64,000 nucleotides of DNA from Oscillospiraceae bacterium (GTDB lineage: Bacteria; Bacillota; Clostridia; Oscillospirales; Ruminococcaceae). Numbering within the stretch: the first letter of the stretch is position 1; each line of letters begins with the position of its first letter. Below are positions 39,022-51,028 of this stretch, in pieces. The position numbers were made by a program, and so were the translations under genes. The notes beneath the pieces were generated by a model, which had not been told where the DNA came from, did not search any database, and saw only the letters and a program-made list of their open reading frames with translations. Location of the stretch: contig JALEOL010000024.1 of the NCBI GenBank assembly GCA_022766785.1, forward strand, positions 14,153-78,152, written 5' to 3'.

Positions 39022-40032
39022 TCACTTTTCCTCGGCAGTTCGAACCTGCACGAAATGCCATGCGTCGCGGCACATCTCGTCCAGGGTCTTTTCCGCCTTC
39101 CAGCCAAGCTCCTTTTCAGCGAGGGAGGGGTCGGCATAGGTCACGGCTGCGTCGCCGGGACGTCTTTCTCCCACGGTGTAACCGAGGTCGATCCCGTTCA
39201 CGCGCTGGAACGTGTCGAGTATCTCAAATACGGAATACCCCTTTCCTGTGCCGAGGTTGTAAGCAGGAGCGCCGGTGATCGTGCGAGCCTTCCTGACCGC
39301 AGCGACATGCCCCTTTGCAAGATCGACAACGTGGATATAGTCGCGCACACAGCTGCCGTCCGGGGTGGGGTAATCATTGCCGGCAACGCTGAGCACATCG
39401 CGCTTTCCGGTCGCCTTATCGAGAACTATCGGCATGAGGTTGTTCGGAACGCCGTTAGGATCCTCGCCGATAAGACCGCTCTCATGTGCGCCCACCGGGT
39501 TGAAATAGCGTAGCAGTATCATCGTCCAGGACGGATCAGCCGCGGACATCTCACGGCAGAGGTTCTCGATGATGAGCTTCGTGCTGCCGTAGGGATTGAT
39601 CGCGGACAGCGGAAAGTCCTCCTTCACCGGGACAGTCTCCGGGATACCGTAAACGGTCGCAGAGGAACTGAACACGAACCTTGTACAGCCGTACTTCTTC
39701 ATGGTCTCAAGTATGTTGAACGTGCCGCGCAGATTGTTGGAATAGTACATCAGCGGCTTTTTCACGCTCTCGGGAACGCACTTGTAGCCTGCGAAATGAA
39801 TCACCTGCTCGATGTCGTTCTCCTCAAATATCTTATCCACTGCGGCGATGTCCAGCATGTCCGCCTCGTAGAATTTAAAATCCTTGCCGGTGATCTTTCT
39901 GATCCCCTCAAGAGCCTTGGGATTTGAGTTGTAGAAGTTGTCCATGACAACGATATCCTCGCCTGCGTTAAGAAGTTCCACGCAGGTGTGGGAGCCGATG
40001 AAGCCTGCTCCTCCGGTTACAAGAATAGCCAT
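39022..40032 (-). CDS. galE: UDP-glucose 4-epimerase
   Basis: TGGAGFIGSHT, FSSSATVYG, YGSTK, LRYFNPVGAH. Confidence 0.96.
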   Translation of the reverse strand: MAILVTGGAGFIGSHTCVELLNAGEDIVVMDNFYNSNPKALEGIRKITGKDFKFYEADMLDIAAVDKIFEENDIEQVIHFAGYKCVPESVKKPLMYYSNNLRGTFNILETMKKYGCTRFVFSSSATVYGIPETVPVKEDFPLSAINPYGSTKLIIENLCREMSAADPSWTMILLRYFNPVGAHESGLIGEDPNGVPNNLMPIVLDKATGKRDVLSVAGNDYPTPDGSCVRDYIHVVDLAKGHVAAVRKARTITGAPAYNLGTGKGYSVFEILDTFQRVNGIDLGYTVGERRPGDAAVTYADPSLAEKELGWKAEKTLDEMCRDAWHFVQVRTAEEK

Positions 40033-40169
40033 GATATGACCCTCCGAATGTTTCATTTCTCGGCGTGCACCGAAAATACACATATATTATATACCTTTTC
40101 AGGGATTTTGTCAATATTGATTTGCGGAAAAAGCACGGCGGACTGCCTTTGAAACAGTCCGCCGGGATA

Positions 40170-41999
40170 TCACTCAGTTGTCACGGATTTTGCAAGATTT
40201 CTGGGCTTGTCGGGGTCTATTCCGCGAAGCACCGAGGTGTAATACGCGATAAGCTGGAGAGCGCAAACCGTCGGCAGCGGCACCAGCATGTCGTCAAGCT
40301 CCGGCGCGTCTATCTCGAGCTTCATATCCACCGTGCCCTCCGCAAAAGACGTACCCTTGCGGCAGACCGCGATTATCACGCCGCCGCGCGCCTTGACCTC
40401 CTCCATGTTGCTGATAGTCTTGGCAAGGATATTCGCCTGGGTAGCGACGGTTATCACCGGGATACCCTGCTCGATAAGCGAGATCGTGCCGTGCTTTAAC
40501 TCACCTGCGGCATACGCCTCGGAATGGATATAGCTTATCTCTTTCAGCTTCAGCGAGCCTTCCAGCGACAGCGCGTAATCGAACGTCCTGCCGATAAAGA
40601 ACAGATTATCCGCGTTCACCAGCTTGCTTGCGATGAACTGGCACTCCTTTTTCCGGTCTATAACACGCTGGATAGACCCGGGAGCGCTCAGCAGCTGTGC
40701 GGTAAGCTCTCTCATTCTGTCCTCGCTGATAGTCCCCCGGGCAAACGCAAACCGGAACGCCAGCAGGTACATCACCGATATCTGCGCGGTATACGCCTTT
40801 GTGGAAGCCACCGCGATCTCCGGGCCTGCAAGCGTGTGGATATACATATCCGCCTGCCGCGCGATCGCTGAATACTTCACATTCACCACCGCCAGGGTCT
40901 TTGCGCCCCTGTGCTGTGCAAGCTCCATTCCTGCCCTGGTATCCGCAGTCTCGCCGCTCTGGGAAACAACGATCACAAGATCGCCCTCACCCACGATAGG
41001 ATCCATATACCGGAACTCCGACGCCACCTCAACAGTGACCGGCACCCTCGCAAGCCCCTCGATCGCATAACGCCCGATGATACCGGCGTGCATAGCCGTT
41101 CCGCAGGCGACAACAAATACGCGCTTTACGCCGCGGATAAGCTCGTCTGTAAGCCCGATATCGTCGAAATACGGAACTCCGTCACGGCAGCAGGACTCCA
41201 CGGTGTTCCCCACTATCCCGGGCTGCTCGTGTATTTCTTTCAGCATGAAATGGGGGTAGCCGCACTTCTGCGCCTGTTCCACGTCCCACTCCGCGACGCT
41301 TATCTCCTTTTTCTCCGGAAGCCCGTGGACGTCGTAGAACTCTATGCCGTCAGTCTTCATGCAGACGATATCGTCATCTTCCAGAAGCACATAATTCTTT
41401 GTGTATTTGAGGAACGCCGGGATGTCGCTGCCGATGAAATACTCGTTCTCGCCGATGCCGACTATCAGCGGAGACTCCTTGCGCGTGGCGTAAACCCTGT
41501 CCGGAAAATCACGGAAAATTATACCCAGGGCATAGCTTCCCTGCAATTCCTTTACAGTCTCCATAATGGCACGCAGCGGATTTCTCTCGGAATAATAATA
41601 ATCCAGCAGGCAAGCCACCACCTCGCTGTCCGTCTGGGACTGAAAAACGTAGCCCTTTTCGGTCAGGAACTCTTTCAGCTCTTTGTAATTCTCGATTATC
41701 CCGTTATGCACGATAGTGACGCGCCCGTTTGAATGGGGGTGGGAGTTCTGGTCGCTCGGCTCTCCGTGGGTCGCCCACCTGGTGTGACCTATACCGCAAT
41801 GTCCCACGGGGCTGCCCTCTTTTTGCAGCTTGTCGCGCATGTCAATGAGCTTGCCCTTGGTCTTTACTGTCTTTATCCCGGTCTTTTCAAATACCGCGAT
41901 CCCGGCGCTGTCATAGCCGCGGTACTCCAGCTTCTCCAGCCCGTCCATAAGTACGTCGGTGCAGTCGCGCTGACCTATATAGCCCACTATTCCACACAT
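40170..41999 (-). CDS. glmS: Glutamine-fructose-6-phosphate aminotransferase
   Basis: MCGIVG, LEYRGYDSAG, HTRWATHG, SQSGET, PRNLAKSVT. Confidence 0.98.
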   Translation of the reverse strand: MCGIVGYIGQRDCTDVLMDGLEKLEYRGYDSAGIAVFEKTGIKTVKTKGKLIDMRDKLQKEGSPVGHCGIGHTRWATHGEPSDQNSHPHSNGRVTIVHNGIIENYKELKEFLTEKGYVFQSQTDSEVVACLLDYYYSERNPLRAIMETVKELQGSYALGIIFRDFPDRVYATRKESPLIVGIGENEYFIGSDIPAFLKYTKNYVLLEDDDIVCMKTDGIEFYDVHGLPEKKEISVAEWDVEQAQKCGYPHFMLKEIHEQPGIVGNTVESCCRDGVPYFDDIGLTDELIRGVKRVFVVACGTAMHAGIIGRYAIEGLARVPVTVEVASEFRYMDPIVGEGDLVIVVSQSGETADTRAGMELAQHRGAKTLAVVNVKYSAIARQADMYIHTLAGPEIAVASTKAYTAQISVMYLLAFRFAFARGTISEDRMRELTAQLLSAPGSIQRVIDRKKECQFIASKLVNADNLFFIGRTFDYALSLEGSLKLKEISYIHSEAYAAGELKHGTISLIEQGIPVITVATQANILAKTISNMEEVKARGGVIIAVCRKGTSFAEGTVDMKLEIDAPELDDMLVPLPTVCALQLIAYYTSVLRGIDPDKPRNLAKSVTTE

Positions 42000-42168
42000 T
42001 ATATTTTCCTCCGATCGTGTCTGTCTTGATCAATGTTTATTCGGCTCCCCTGCCGGATAAAACCGTTGCAATCCAATTATAGCACACGCAGCGGAAAAAT
42101 TCAACCCCGGCGCGCTTTTTTATCCGGCGCACAAAAGCCGCTTTTCCGCTGCATAGTTTATACGATTT

Positions 42169-42330
42169 ATACTAATAACCATTTAAACTCAGGAAATCTT
42201 TGCCGAAATCCAGCACCGTTATCGTCGTCAAAGAAACTTGACGTACATACAGTACGCCTGCGTTTCTTTTCCTAGATATCGGTACTGTCTTTCAGCAAAT
42301 CTTTTCCTTCGTTTAAACGGTTATTAGTAT
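42169..42330. repeat. 162-bp palindromic interspersed repeat/MITE, copy 2
   Basis: Near-identical to 30149-30310; abuts the stop codon of the amidase gene. Confidence 0.9.
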
Positions 42331-45300
42331 TATTCCACTCTGATCCCACCGCCGCCCGGGTCGTCCGGTTCGTCGGTAGAGGGTTTTACCGGCTCGTCCG
42401 TTGTCGCAGGCGTCGGTTCCTCCGACTCTGCGGTAGGCTCGGTGGATCCGCTCTCGTCAGTTTCCGGAACTTCCGGCTCGTCTGTTCCGGGAGCTGTCGG
42501 CTCGTCGGTCGGCGGCGCAGGCGGCTGGTCGGGATCATCCGGCGTTGTGGGAGCGTCCGGCGCCTCGCTGCTGCCGCTGGAATAGCTCAGTCCGCTTCTG
42601 GCAAAGTACGCCTTTACGCCCTGGGCTATCGCCTGCGCGATACCCTCCTGGTGCGTGGGGTCAGCCATTACCATGCACTCGCGCTCGTTGGTGACAAAGC
42701 CCATTTCCACAAGAACGGACGGGAAATCATGCTGCAAAGTCACCCAGTAATAGCTGTACTTGTCGCCGCGGTTGCTGTTCGTGCCGTCGGCATACACCGT
42801 GTTGTCATAATATGAAACGAGATTGTCGTTGATGTACTTCGCGAGCGGCTGCGAGTACGGCGTGTGATAGTACACCTCTACGCCGTGCGCCTGCTCGTTC
42901 AGCACGGAATTGCAATGGAGCGATATGAACATGTCCGCGCCGTAGGTTCTGGCAACTGACGGGCGTGTGTTTGTCAGAATGAACTCGCTCTCGGTTCTGA
43001 GCCTTACAACGGTAGCGCCCATTGCGGTCAGCTTCTGTTCAAGCAGCTTCGACACCGCAAGATTTACCGACTGCTCGGTAACATAGCCTATTCCGCCCGG
43101 GTCGAGTTTTGTCGCGGTCTTTCCGTAGCCGTGTCCCGGGTCGATAACGATGACCTTGCCGGAAAGAGAAGCGGTCGGCACGTTGAAGGTTATCATCAGG
43201 TCGCCGTTTTCGTCATAATACGCGCCGCAGCCGCTGTAAATGCCTGCCTGTCTCAATGTGAGGGTAAGTCTGAATTTCGGCACGCCGTTCTGCTCAACGG
43301 TGTCCCAGCCCCCTGCGCTGAACAGCGAGCAGCTGTCAAAATCCGGCAGCTTTGTAACGCTGGTCACGTTGTCGAATACTATCTCGACCTTTGTGGGGCT
43401 GTAATCCGAAACGCCGTAGGGACCGTCGTCCGCGTCAAAGAACGTCACCGGCGCTTTGACATTAAATGTGGACTTGTAATCCAGATGTATCTTCAGGTAG
43501 CTGTTTCCGCCGGAATTGCCTATCGCCTTGACATATAGCGCATTTGTACCGAGACCGGTATCATAGAACGTAGTCACGTCAGTCGCCTTGTACCGCCTGC
43601 CTGAGGTGCTTATCACATAGTCGCCGGAGGTGCTCTTGTAGTAATCCAGGCTTCCTGCCGGGAGCTGCGACAACACCGGAGAGGGGTCGCCGCCGGTGGT
43701 CTGGCTGTCGTACACGGTGGTGTAGTTGTTCAGCGTCTTTATGTAGGTGACATATTCGCTGTCTGTCACCACCGGAGACATCGTGCCGACTACCTCGCCG
43801 GTGCCGACGCTCGCTTCATCGACGAACTTTCCCTTGTCTATGTCCTTGGGAGGCTCCGGCTCGGCGTCTATCGTGATACTTCCGCCGGTCATGTACTCCT
43901 CGTAGCCCTTGTATGCGGCGTAATAGGTCGTGCTGCCCAGCTGCTGCTGTTGTCCTATGAGCCCCTCCGGTACGCGGTAATAGCCCACAAATCTCGCGTA
44001 ATCGGAGTTTGCGTCCAGCTCCTCGCTTGCGGTGGATTTTTCTTTCAGCGTTATCGTCTGACCGGCGATAACGGCGCTTACCTTGCTGCCGCTGTACGCA
44101 ACCGCCTCAAGAGTTACCCGGGAGCCACCCTCTACAAGAATATCCTTGGTCTGCCCGATAGAACGCAGCACGTCCACCTGGCGCTCGATAACGTAGGTTA
44201 TCTTCCTGCCCTTGTGCTCGATGACAAAGGTGTTGCGCCCGACCTTCAGCTCTTTCTGGAAATAGAAGGTGCCTGCCTCGTTCAGCTTCACCTTTTCGCC
44301 GTCGAACAGCACGTCAAAGTTCTCGTCGAACGTGCCCATGAATTTCACGGTGGAGTCATATGTGACAAAGCTGGTCTGGGTGGGTGAGGTCATTTGCAGG
44401 GTATCGAACAGGGAGCTGGTGTTTATCTTCTCGTCGAAGTACTTCATCAGCGTGTCCGTGGAGCCGAGAAGGTTATCCCTCAGCGCCCCGAGGGAGTTGA
44501 AGCAGCTGCCGCCTATATCATCGTAGTCCTCCATTATCGTAAGCTGACGCAGCAGCTGATCCTCATACCAGCCGGAGTACTGCCCTATCCTGTCGTTAAG
44601 GTGCAGCATGTACAGCTTAACGTCGTTCTCTGCGGCAAGGTCATACCACCAGGAGACAACGCTGCCGAAGCCCAGCGCGGCGTCGCTGTCTGTGCCGTAT
44701 GCCTTTACCATTAACATATCGGCATAGCCACGGCGGACATACTCCCTCGTGTCGCAATAGCCGTCGTAAAGCGCCTGTATTGTATCGGCGGTGGCGGAGC
44801 CCTCCTCGTTGGAGGAGCTGTTCGCCCACATATCCTCTATGATAAGCCCCACCGCCGTGGTGTTGCTGGTGCGGCGTATCACCTCGGAAAGCGTGCGGAT
44901 AACGTACTCATTGGTCTCGTACAGCCAGTTGGAATAGCCTATCCCGGAGCCGCTGCGCATGTATTCCGCGTACATCTCCGGGGTGTCCTTGGTGTAATAA
45001 TCCGCGAGCAGGATACCATCGCAGGCGTATTTCATCACGAACTTATGCGCCGCCGCTGCGAAGCCGGATTTCAGTCCGCCGCCCTGCGCCGCGACCTCAG
45101 CCGCGAGGGAATTCACGTCCAGCTGGACATACGCGTAAAAGCCGCATTCCCGTGCCTTGTCAATGACAGTGCCCAGCACTCCCCTGCCGGAGGTCATGTC
45201 AAGGTCGTAGTACTTCACGCCGTCGCTGTCGGTATTGATAAGCACGGCGTTCATATCATAGCCGGAAAGCTCCTCAAACAGCGCCGGAAGCTCCTCCGCA

Positions 45301-45539
45301 AGCGCCGCGTCCGTGGTCTCTCCGGTGCAGAAATCCGTTCCCGGAACAAGCGTCACCGCGCGAATTCCGTCCGGCAGGAACACCATGCTCTCCCCGGAAA
45401 CAAGGTCGGCGGCGGTGAAGTCGTCCGCCGGCTCCCCTATTGCCTGCGAAGTTTCTTCCGAGATCACCGCCGAAGCGCCGCAGGTCAGGATACCGAACGA
45501 CAGAACGGCGCTCAGCAGCCCTTTAATAATTCTGTTCAT
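42330..45539 (-). CDS. Secreted multidomain N-acetylmuramoyl-L-alanine amidase (Amidase_3) with N-terminal GH-like barrel and Pro/Thr/Glu-rich tail
   Basis: VIVIDPGHG, FISLHCNS, SVLVEMGFVTN; signal peptide. Confidence 0.85.
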   Translation of the reverse strand: MNRIIKGLLSAVLSFGILTCGASAVISEETSQAIGEPADDFTAADLVSGESMVFLPDGIRAVTLVPGTDFCTGETTDAALAEELPALFEELSGYDMNAVLINTDSDGVKYYDLDMTSGRGVLGTVIDKARECGFYAYVQLDVNSLAAEVAAQGGGLKSGFAAAAHKFVMKYACDGILLADYYTKDTPEMYAEYMRSGSGIGYSNWLYETNEYVIRTLSEVIRRTSNTTAVGLIIEDMWANSSSNEEGSATADTIQALYDGYCDTREYVRRGYADMLMVKAYGTDSDAALGFGSVVSWWYDLAAENDVKLYMLHLNDRIGQYSGWYEDQLLRQLTIMEDYDDIGGSCFNSLGALRDNLLGSTDTLMKYFDEKINTSSLFDTLQMTSPTQTSFVTYDSTVKFMGTFDENFDVLFDGEKVKLNEAGTFYFQKELKVGRNTFVIEHKGRKITYVIERQVDVLRSIGQTKDILVEGGSRVTLEAVAYSGSKVSAVIAGQTITLKEKSTASEELDANSDYARFVGYYRVPEGLIGQQQQLGSTTYYAAYKGYEEYMTGGSITIDAEPEPPKDIDKGKFVDEASVGTGEVVGTMSPVVTDSEYVTYIKTLNNYTTVYDSQTTGGDPSPVLSQLPAGSLDYYKSTSGDYVISTSGRRYKATDVTTFYDTGLGTNALYVKAIGNSGGNSYLKIHLDYKSTFNVKAPVTFFDADDGPYGVSDYSPTKVEIVFDNVTSVTKLPDFDSCSLFSAGGWDTVEQNGVPKFRLTLTLRQAGIYSGCGAYYDENGDLMITFNVPTASLSGKVIVIDPGHGYGKTATKLDPGGIGYVTEQSVNLAVSKLLEQKLTAMGATVVRLRTESEFILTNTRPSVARTYGADMFISLHCNSVLNEQAHGVEVYYHTPYSQPLAKYINDNLVSYYDNTVYADGTNSNRGDKYSYYWVTLQHDFPSVLVEMGFVTNERECMVMADPTHQEGIAQAIAQGVKAYFARSGLSYSSGSSEAPDAPTTPDDPDQPPAPPTDEPTAPGTDEPEVPETDESGSTEPTAESEEPTPATTDEPVKPSTDEPDDPGGGGIRVE

Positions 45540-45551
45540 ATTATTTCCCCA

Positions 45552-47129
45552 TTATATCAGTTCTTTCAGCGAGGATAACTCCCGACCCACTGCGGCGCTC
45601 ACAGAGCTGTCCGGCGTGAACACGCTGCGGTAGCTGTACAGGGCAAATCCGCCGTAGCTGCGGCATTCCTTTGCCGCGGCAAGCTGCCTGGAGATAATAT
45701 CGCTGTTGTTTATCCACTCGTATTTTCCGCTGCCTGCCCAGGTATCCTCGCACCCGACCTTTGACACCGAAAGCCCTGCGACAAGCGGTATCCCGCCCCT
45801 GACCGCCAATGCCTCCCACTCGTCAAGGGTGGCTTTGTAGGGCGCCGAGGAGTTCTCAAAGCCGTAATATATCTGCGGAATTATCACATCAAGATAGCCG
45901 GAGGAGGTGCACCATTTTCGCACGTCAGCGTAAAGCTGGGTGTAGTTATTCTCGATACGTCCCTGCACGCTCACGCTGAATACCGCGGTGGGGTTGGTCT
46001 TTTTCACCGCGCTGTAAAGCTCCGACACCATTCTGTCGCAGTTTGCAAATCTGAAATCCGACAGGCTGGACGCGGAGCTTGCGGAAAAGGCGCTGCTGTC
46101 AAACGAAGCGTCGGTCGTGGGATAGAAATAGTCGTCGATATGCAGCCCGTCAACGTTGTAATTTGCGAGAATTTCGGCGGCTCCGGCGGCGATAAGCTCC
46201 GTCACCTGCTCATATGCCGGGTTCAGGTAATAAGTCCCGTTCACGTCCACGGCGTATTTCCCAGCCATTCCCGCAGCGGTGGCAAATGTATACACCGGAT
46301 AGCTTCCGTAGGAGCCTATCTGCGACGTGCTGCACGCCCTCAGCGGATTGATCCACGCCTGGAACGACAGACCGCGGTCGTGAGCCTCCCGGAGCATTAC
46401 CGCCAGGGGGTCGTAACCGGGGTCGCTGCCGAGAGTTCCCGTGACATATTTCGACCAGGGGAACAGTTCCGACTTGTAATACGCGTCGCTGTGTGAGCGT
46501 ACATGGACGTACACCGTGTTTATCCCCAGCTCCACGCTGTTGTCGAAAACCTCTGCGATATTGCTGCGGAAACCGCTCTCAGACTGCCCCTGCATAAGCT
46601 CCGACAGCTCGATGTAGCTTATCCATATACCCTTTATCTCGGAGTAATTCACCGCCTGGTAGCTGTTGCTGCCAAACCGGTATTCCGGGGTGTCCGGCTC
46701 AGCCGCTGTGGTCGCTGCCGTTGAGGTTGACTTTGTGGTTGCGGCGGCTGTTGTTCCGGAAGTGGTGGAGGCTGAAGTCCCGGAATTCGTGCTGTCTGAT
46801 GACGAGGGTGAGCTTTCTGTAACGTCCGTCCGGGCGGTGGTTTTCTCCGCCGGGGTAGTTCCGGCAGGCTCGGAGTACTCCGGGTCTGACGTGGCAGTCT
46901 GCGGCTCGGCGAAATGCGCCGTCTGTTCAGGCAAGTCACCTGTGGCGGTACTCTCCGTAACGTTCTCCGCGCTCGTCACTCCGGCAGTGTCAGTCCCGGA
47001 ATAATCCACGCCGCCGCTTCCGCCAAAATCCGCAATGCTGACCCCTTCGGAGCTTTCCCTGGAGCCGCACCCTGTCAGAAGCGCCGCCGCCAGAACAGCA
47101 CAGAGCGCCCTTGTTATTCTGTTTTTCAT
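45552..47129 (-). CDS. Lipoprotein with GHL10/DUF187 glycoside hydrolase-like domain
   Basis: Lipobox LTGC, Ser/Thr linker, INTVYVHVR, AWINPLR, DGLHIDDYFYP, PQIYYGF. Confidence 0.88.
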   Translation of the reverse strand: MKNRITRALCAVLAAALLTGCGSRESSEGVSIADFGGSGGVDYSGTDTAGVTSAENVTESTATGDLPEQTAHFAEPQTATSDPEYSEPAGTTPAEKTTARTDVTESSPSSSDSTNSGTSASTTSGTTAAATTKSTSTAATTAAEPDTPEYRFGSNSYQAVNYSEIKGIWISYIELSELMQGQSESGFRSNIAEVFDNSVELGINTVYVHVRSHSDAYYKSELFPWSKYVTGTLGSDPGYDPLAVMLREAHDRGLSFQAWINPLRACSTSQIGSYGSYPVYTFATAAGMAGKYAVDVNGTYYLNPAYEQVTELIAAGAAEILANYNVDGLHIDDYFYPTTDASFDSSAFSASSASSLSDFRFANCDRMVSELYSAVKKTNPTAVFSVSVQGRIENNYTQLYADVRKWCTSSGYLDVIIPQIYYGFENSSAPYKATLDEWEALAVRGGIPLVAGLSVSKVGCEDTWAGSGKYEWINNSDIISRQLAAAKECRSYGGFALYSYRSVFTPDSSVSAAVGRELSSLKELI

Positions 47130-47319
47130 ATCTGTATATTTTCCTCAATTGCGCAGGCTTCCCCGTTCCGTTCACCTGCGGTCTGTATTATCTTATACAG
47201 ATTTATTATAACATCGTTCGGCGCTGTTGTCAATAGCCGGAAAATAAAAGACCGCATACAGGACTCTGTGGTAAAAAAAAATAGGAGGACATATGTCCTC
47301 CTATTAGGTATACTGGTGA

Positions 47320-47823
47320 TCAGCCCTTCACGTTGTAATCTTCGCAGAGAGCATTCATCGCGCCAAACAGCTTTGCTAAATAAATAAACGGACCAACAAT
47401 AATTAATGAACCAAGAACATTCCAGAGCCAGTACGTTGAAGCGCCGAATTCGATCGGAATGTTACGTCTTCTGAGTTCAGCACCGATCCTATCAGAAATG
47501 TTATTATACCATACCAGAGCACCAATTCCTAAAGTAATACCTGTGACCAGGAAAGCCAGCAGGCAAAAGTGCATTGTCCTTCTGTTATCATAGCGAGAAG
47601 CAATAATATTTATCCTCTCAGAAATGGAAGACATAACAACGATCGGGTAAATTCCAAAAGTGATCAGACCCAGGAATATGTACTTTACCAGAGAGTAGTT
47701 AGCTTTGAACTTTAGCGCCGGAGCGTTTGAATAGTTCTGATATCCACCACCAGTCAAAGCACCGCATGAGGGACAAGCAACCGCATTCATCGGAAGCTCG
47801 CTACCACAATTTGAACAAACCAT
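47320..47823 (-). CDS. Zinc-ribbon + DUF4234-like membrane protein
   Basis: CSNCG...CPSCG; LITFGIY and ITLGIG hydrophobic segments. Confidence 0.75.
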   Translation of the reverse strand: MVCSNCGSELPMNAVACPSCGALTGGGYQNYSNAPALKFKANYSLVKYIFLGLITFGIYPIVVMSSISERINIIASRYDNRRTMHFCLLAFLVTGITLGIGALVWYNNISDRIGAELRRRNIPIEFGASTYWLWNVLGSLIIVGPFIYLAKLFGAMNALCEDYNVKG

Positions 47824-48223
47824 AATAATTCTCCTTTTTGTGTGTATTATCGGTAATACCCGACACTAAAATTATACAACAAAATATTGTTCTTGTCAAC
47901 ACGAAAAGAGACAATAATTTGAATTTTGTGCATTATACATGATTTACACAAATTATGTTATATATGTTGCTATATTTTTTGGAACATATTAGAAAAACGT
48001 CCTGCATATAAGCAGGACGTTTATTTTTATTTCGTGTGGTCGAGATTGAAGCTGCAGTTTTCGTGGAACTGCTTGCTTTCCTTCGCGCCCTTTCCCGTTT
48101 TTCTGTCATCAGGGTGAAGCTCGTTGTGCAGATGAACGTCCTGGGTGTTTTTTTTGCCCCGGACAAGATCCGCGTCCTGCTTCATCGTGTGAGTTTTCTT
48201 TTCACTCATAGCGCCACCGGCTG

Positions 48224-49627
<1,404 letters not shown>

Positions 49628-50066
49628 TCACGGCTGCCCAGCCATGAATGTGCCGCAGCCCTACGGACTGTATTCATTATACAACATGTTATCCTGTTTT
49701 GCAAGATGATTTTGAGATTTTTTCATTACAAAAATGCTTTTTGTACACTTGCAACAATACCGCTGTGCCGCGATTGTTAATTATGCACAGTATATTTTAC
49801 TAAAAAAACCTATTTCTTTGTGCCAGTCCTGCAAAAATACGCACAAACCGACATCATTCCCGGCTCCGGAAATAGTGCTGCGGCACATGGGAAACGGCGG
49901 TGTGATACCGTTTGGGCAGTTTTCGGGCAATCAACAGCATTCCGCGGCTGTGCCCGGTGAAGCAGACAGCGTAATATTTTTGAAATATTCACCAGAAAAA
50001 AATTCATTTCCCACAGATTTTTGCATAACGATCTCTGCTAACCACAAAAAAATTGTAGAATACCCC

Positions 50067-50124
50067 TTGACAACTCCAAGCTGCTTGTGATATAATCTGT
50101 ACATAGGAATGATTTTTATGTACA
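50067..50124 (+). promoter_or_regulatory. sigmaA promoter with downstream palindromic operator
   Basis: TTGACA-18-TATAAT (50067-50096), then TGTACATA-N11-TATGTACA (50098-50124). Confidence 0.7.
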
Positions 50125-50148
50125 TTCAACAGAATTCAGAGGGAGTGA

Positions 50149-50577
50149 ATGATAATGCCTGATATAATCGGAATACTTGAACGGGCGCGTTCTTCAGAGC
50201 AGGAAATATCCACCCAGCTAGAGCATATTGAAAGGCTTCACCGTATTTCAAAACGTGCACAATCATCGCCGGAATATGCACGTCAGACAGTTGAAAAGCT
50301 CGCCGGGCTTGAAAGGCAGCTCAACGACGCTATCGACAGAATGTGCGACGCCAAGGCGGACGCGCTGCGGCTTATCAGCTTCCTCACCGGGGAGGAACGC
50401 AGCGTTATCGAGGGCTACTACATTCTCGCCAAAAGCTGGCAGCAGCTCTCCTACGACCTGTACATGAGCGAACGCCGGGTGTATTTGCTTCGCAAAAGCG
50501 CTCTGACAAAGCTGATGAACAGGTACGGCGGCGCACCGCCTGTCGGCAGCACCAAGAGAACTGCCCCACGGCTATGA
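50149..50577 (+). CDS. ArpU/RinA-like (sigma70 region 4-like) transcriptional regulator
   Basis: Coiled coil followed by EERSVIEGYYI...SWQQLSYDLYMSERRVYLLRKSAL. Confidence 0.7.
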   Translation: MIMPDIIGILERARSSEQEISTQLEHIERLHRISKRAQSSPEYARQTVEKLAGLERQLNDAIDRMCDAKADALRLISFLTGEERSVIEGYYILAKSWQQLSYDLYMSERRVYLLRKSALTKLMNRYGGAPPVGSTKRTAPRL

Positions 50578-50596
50578 CTATTGAAAGGAGAACTAT

Positions 50597-51028
50597 ATGG
50601 GCATCGGAATAAGGATAAGGGCGCTGCGTGAGCGCATCGGGATAACGCAGGAGGAGCTTGCGCGGCGGATAGGCGTCACCCCGTCCGCTGTCGGGAATTA
50701 CGAACGGGATATAAGCCACCCGAAGGAGGAGGTGCTGTACCGGCTGTTCACCGCGCTTTCCTGCGAGCCGAACGAGCTTTTCGCTGACTATTACAACGTG
50801 CGGCTCTCCCCAGTAAGGCTGCACATGATGAAGTATCAGGAGCTGGACGAGCACGGCAGGGAGCTTGTGGACGCCTGCACCGAGATAGAGCACAGCCGCT
50901 GCTGCAAAGGGCTCACGGCAGTGGCGGCAAGAAGCTTCGGGAAGAACAAAGCCCCGGAAAAACTACGCCTTTCCAAGAGAAAGGGTGCGGGGAGCATTCT
51001 CGACAAGCCTGACTACAAGGAGGAATGA
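50597..51028 (+). CDS. XRE family HTH repressor
   Basis: IRALRERIGITQEELARRIGVTPSAVGNYE. Confidence 0.9.
   Translation: MGIGIRIRALRERIGITQEELARRIGVTPSAVGNYERDISHPKEEVLYRLFTALSCEPNELFADYYNVRLSPVRLHMMKYQELDEHGRELVDACTEIEHSRCCKGLTAVAARSFGKNKAPEKLRLSKRKGAGSILDKPDYKEE

Noticed and set aside
42000-42168. glmS ribozyme upstream of glmS
   Set aside because: I could not find the conserved core of the ribozyme by eye; an Rfam scan would be needed.
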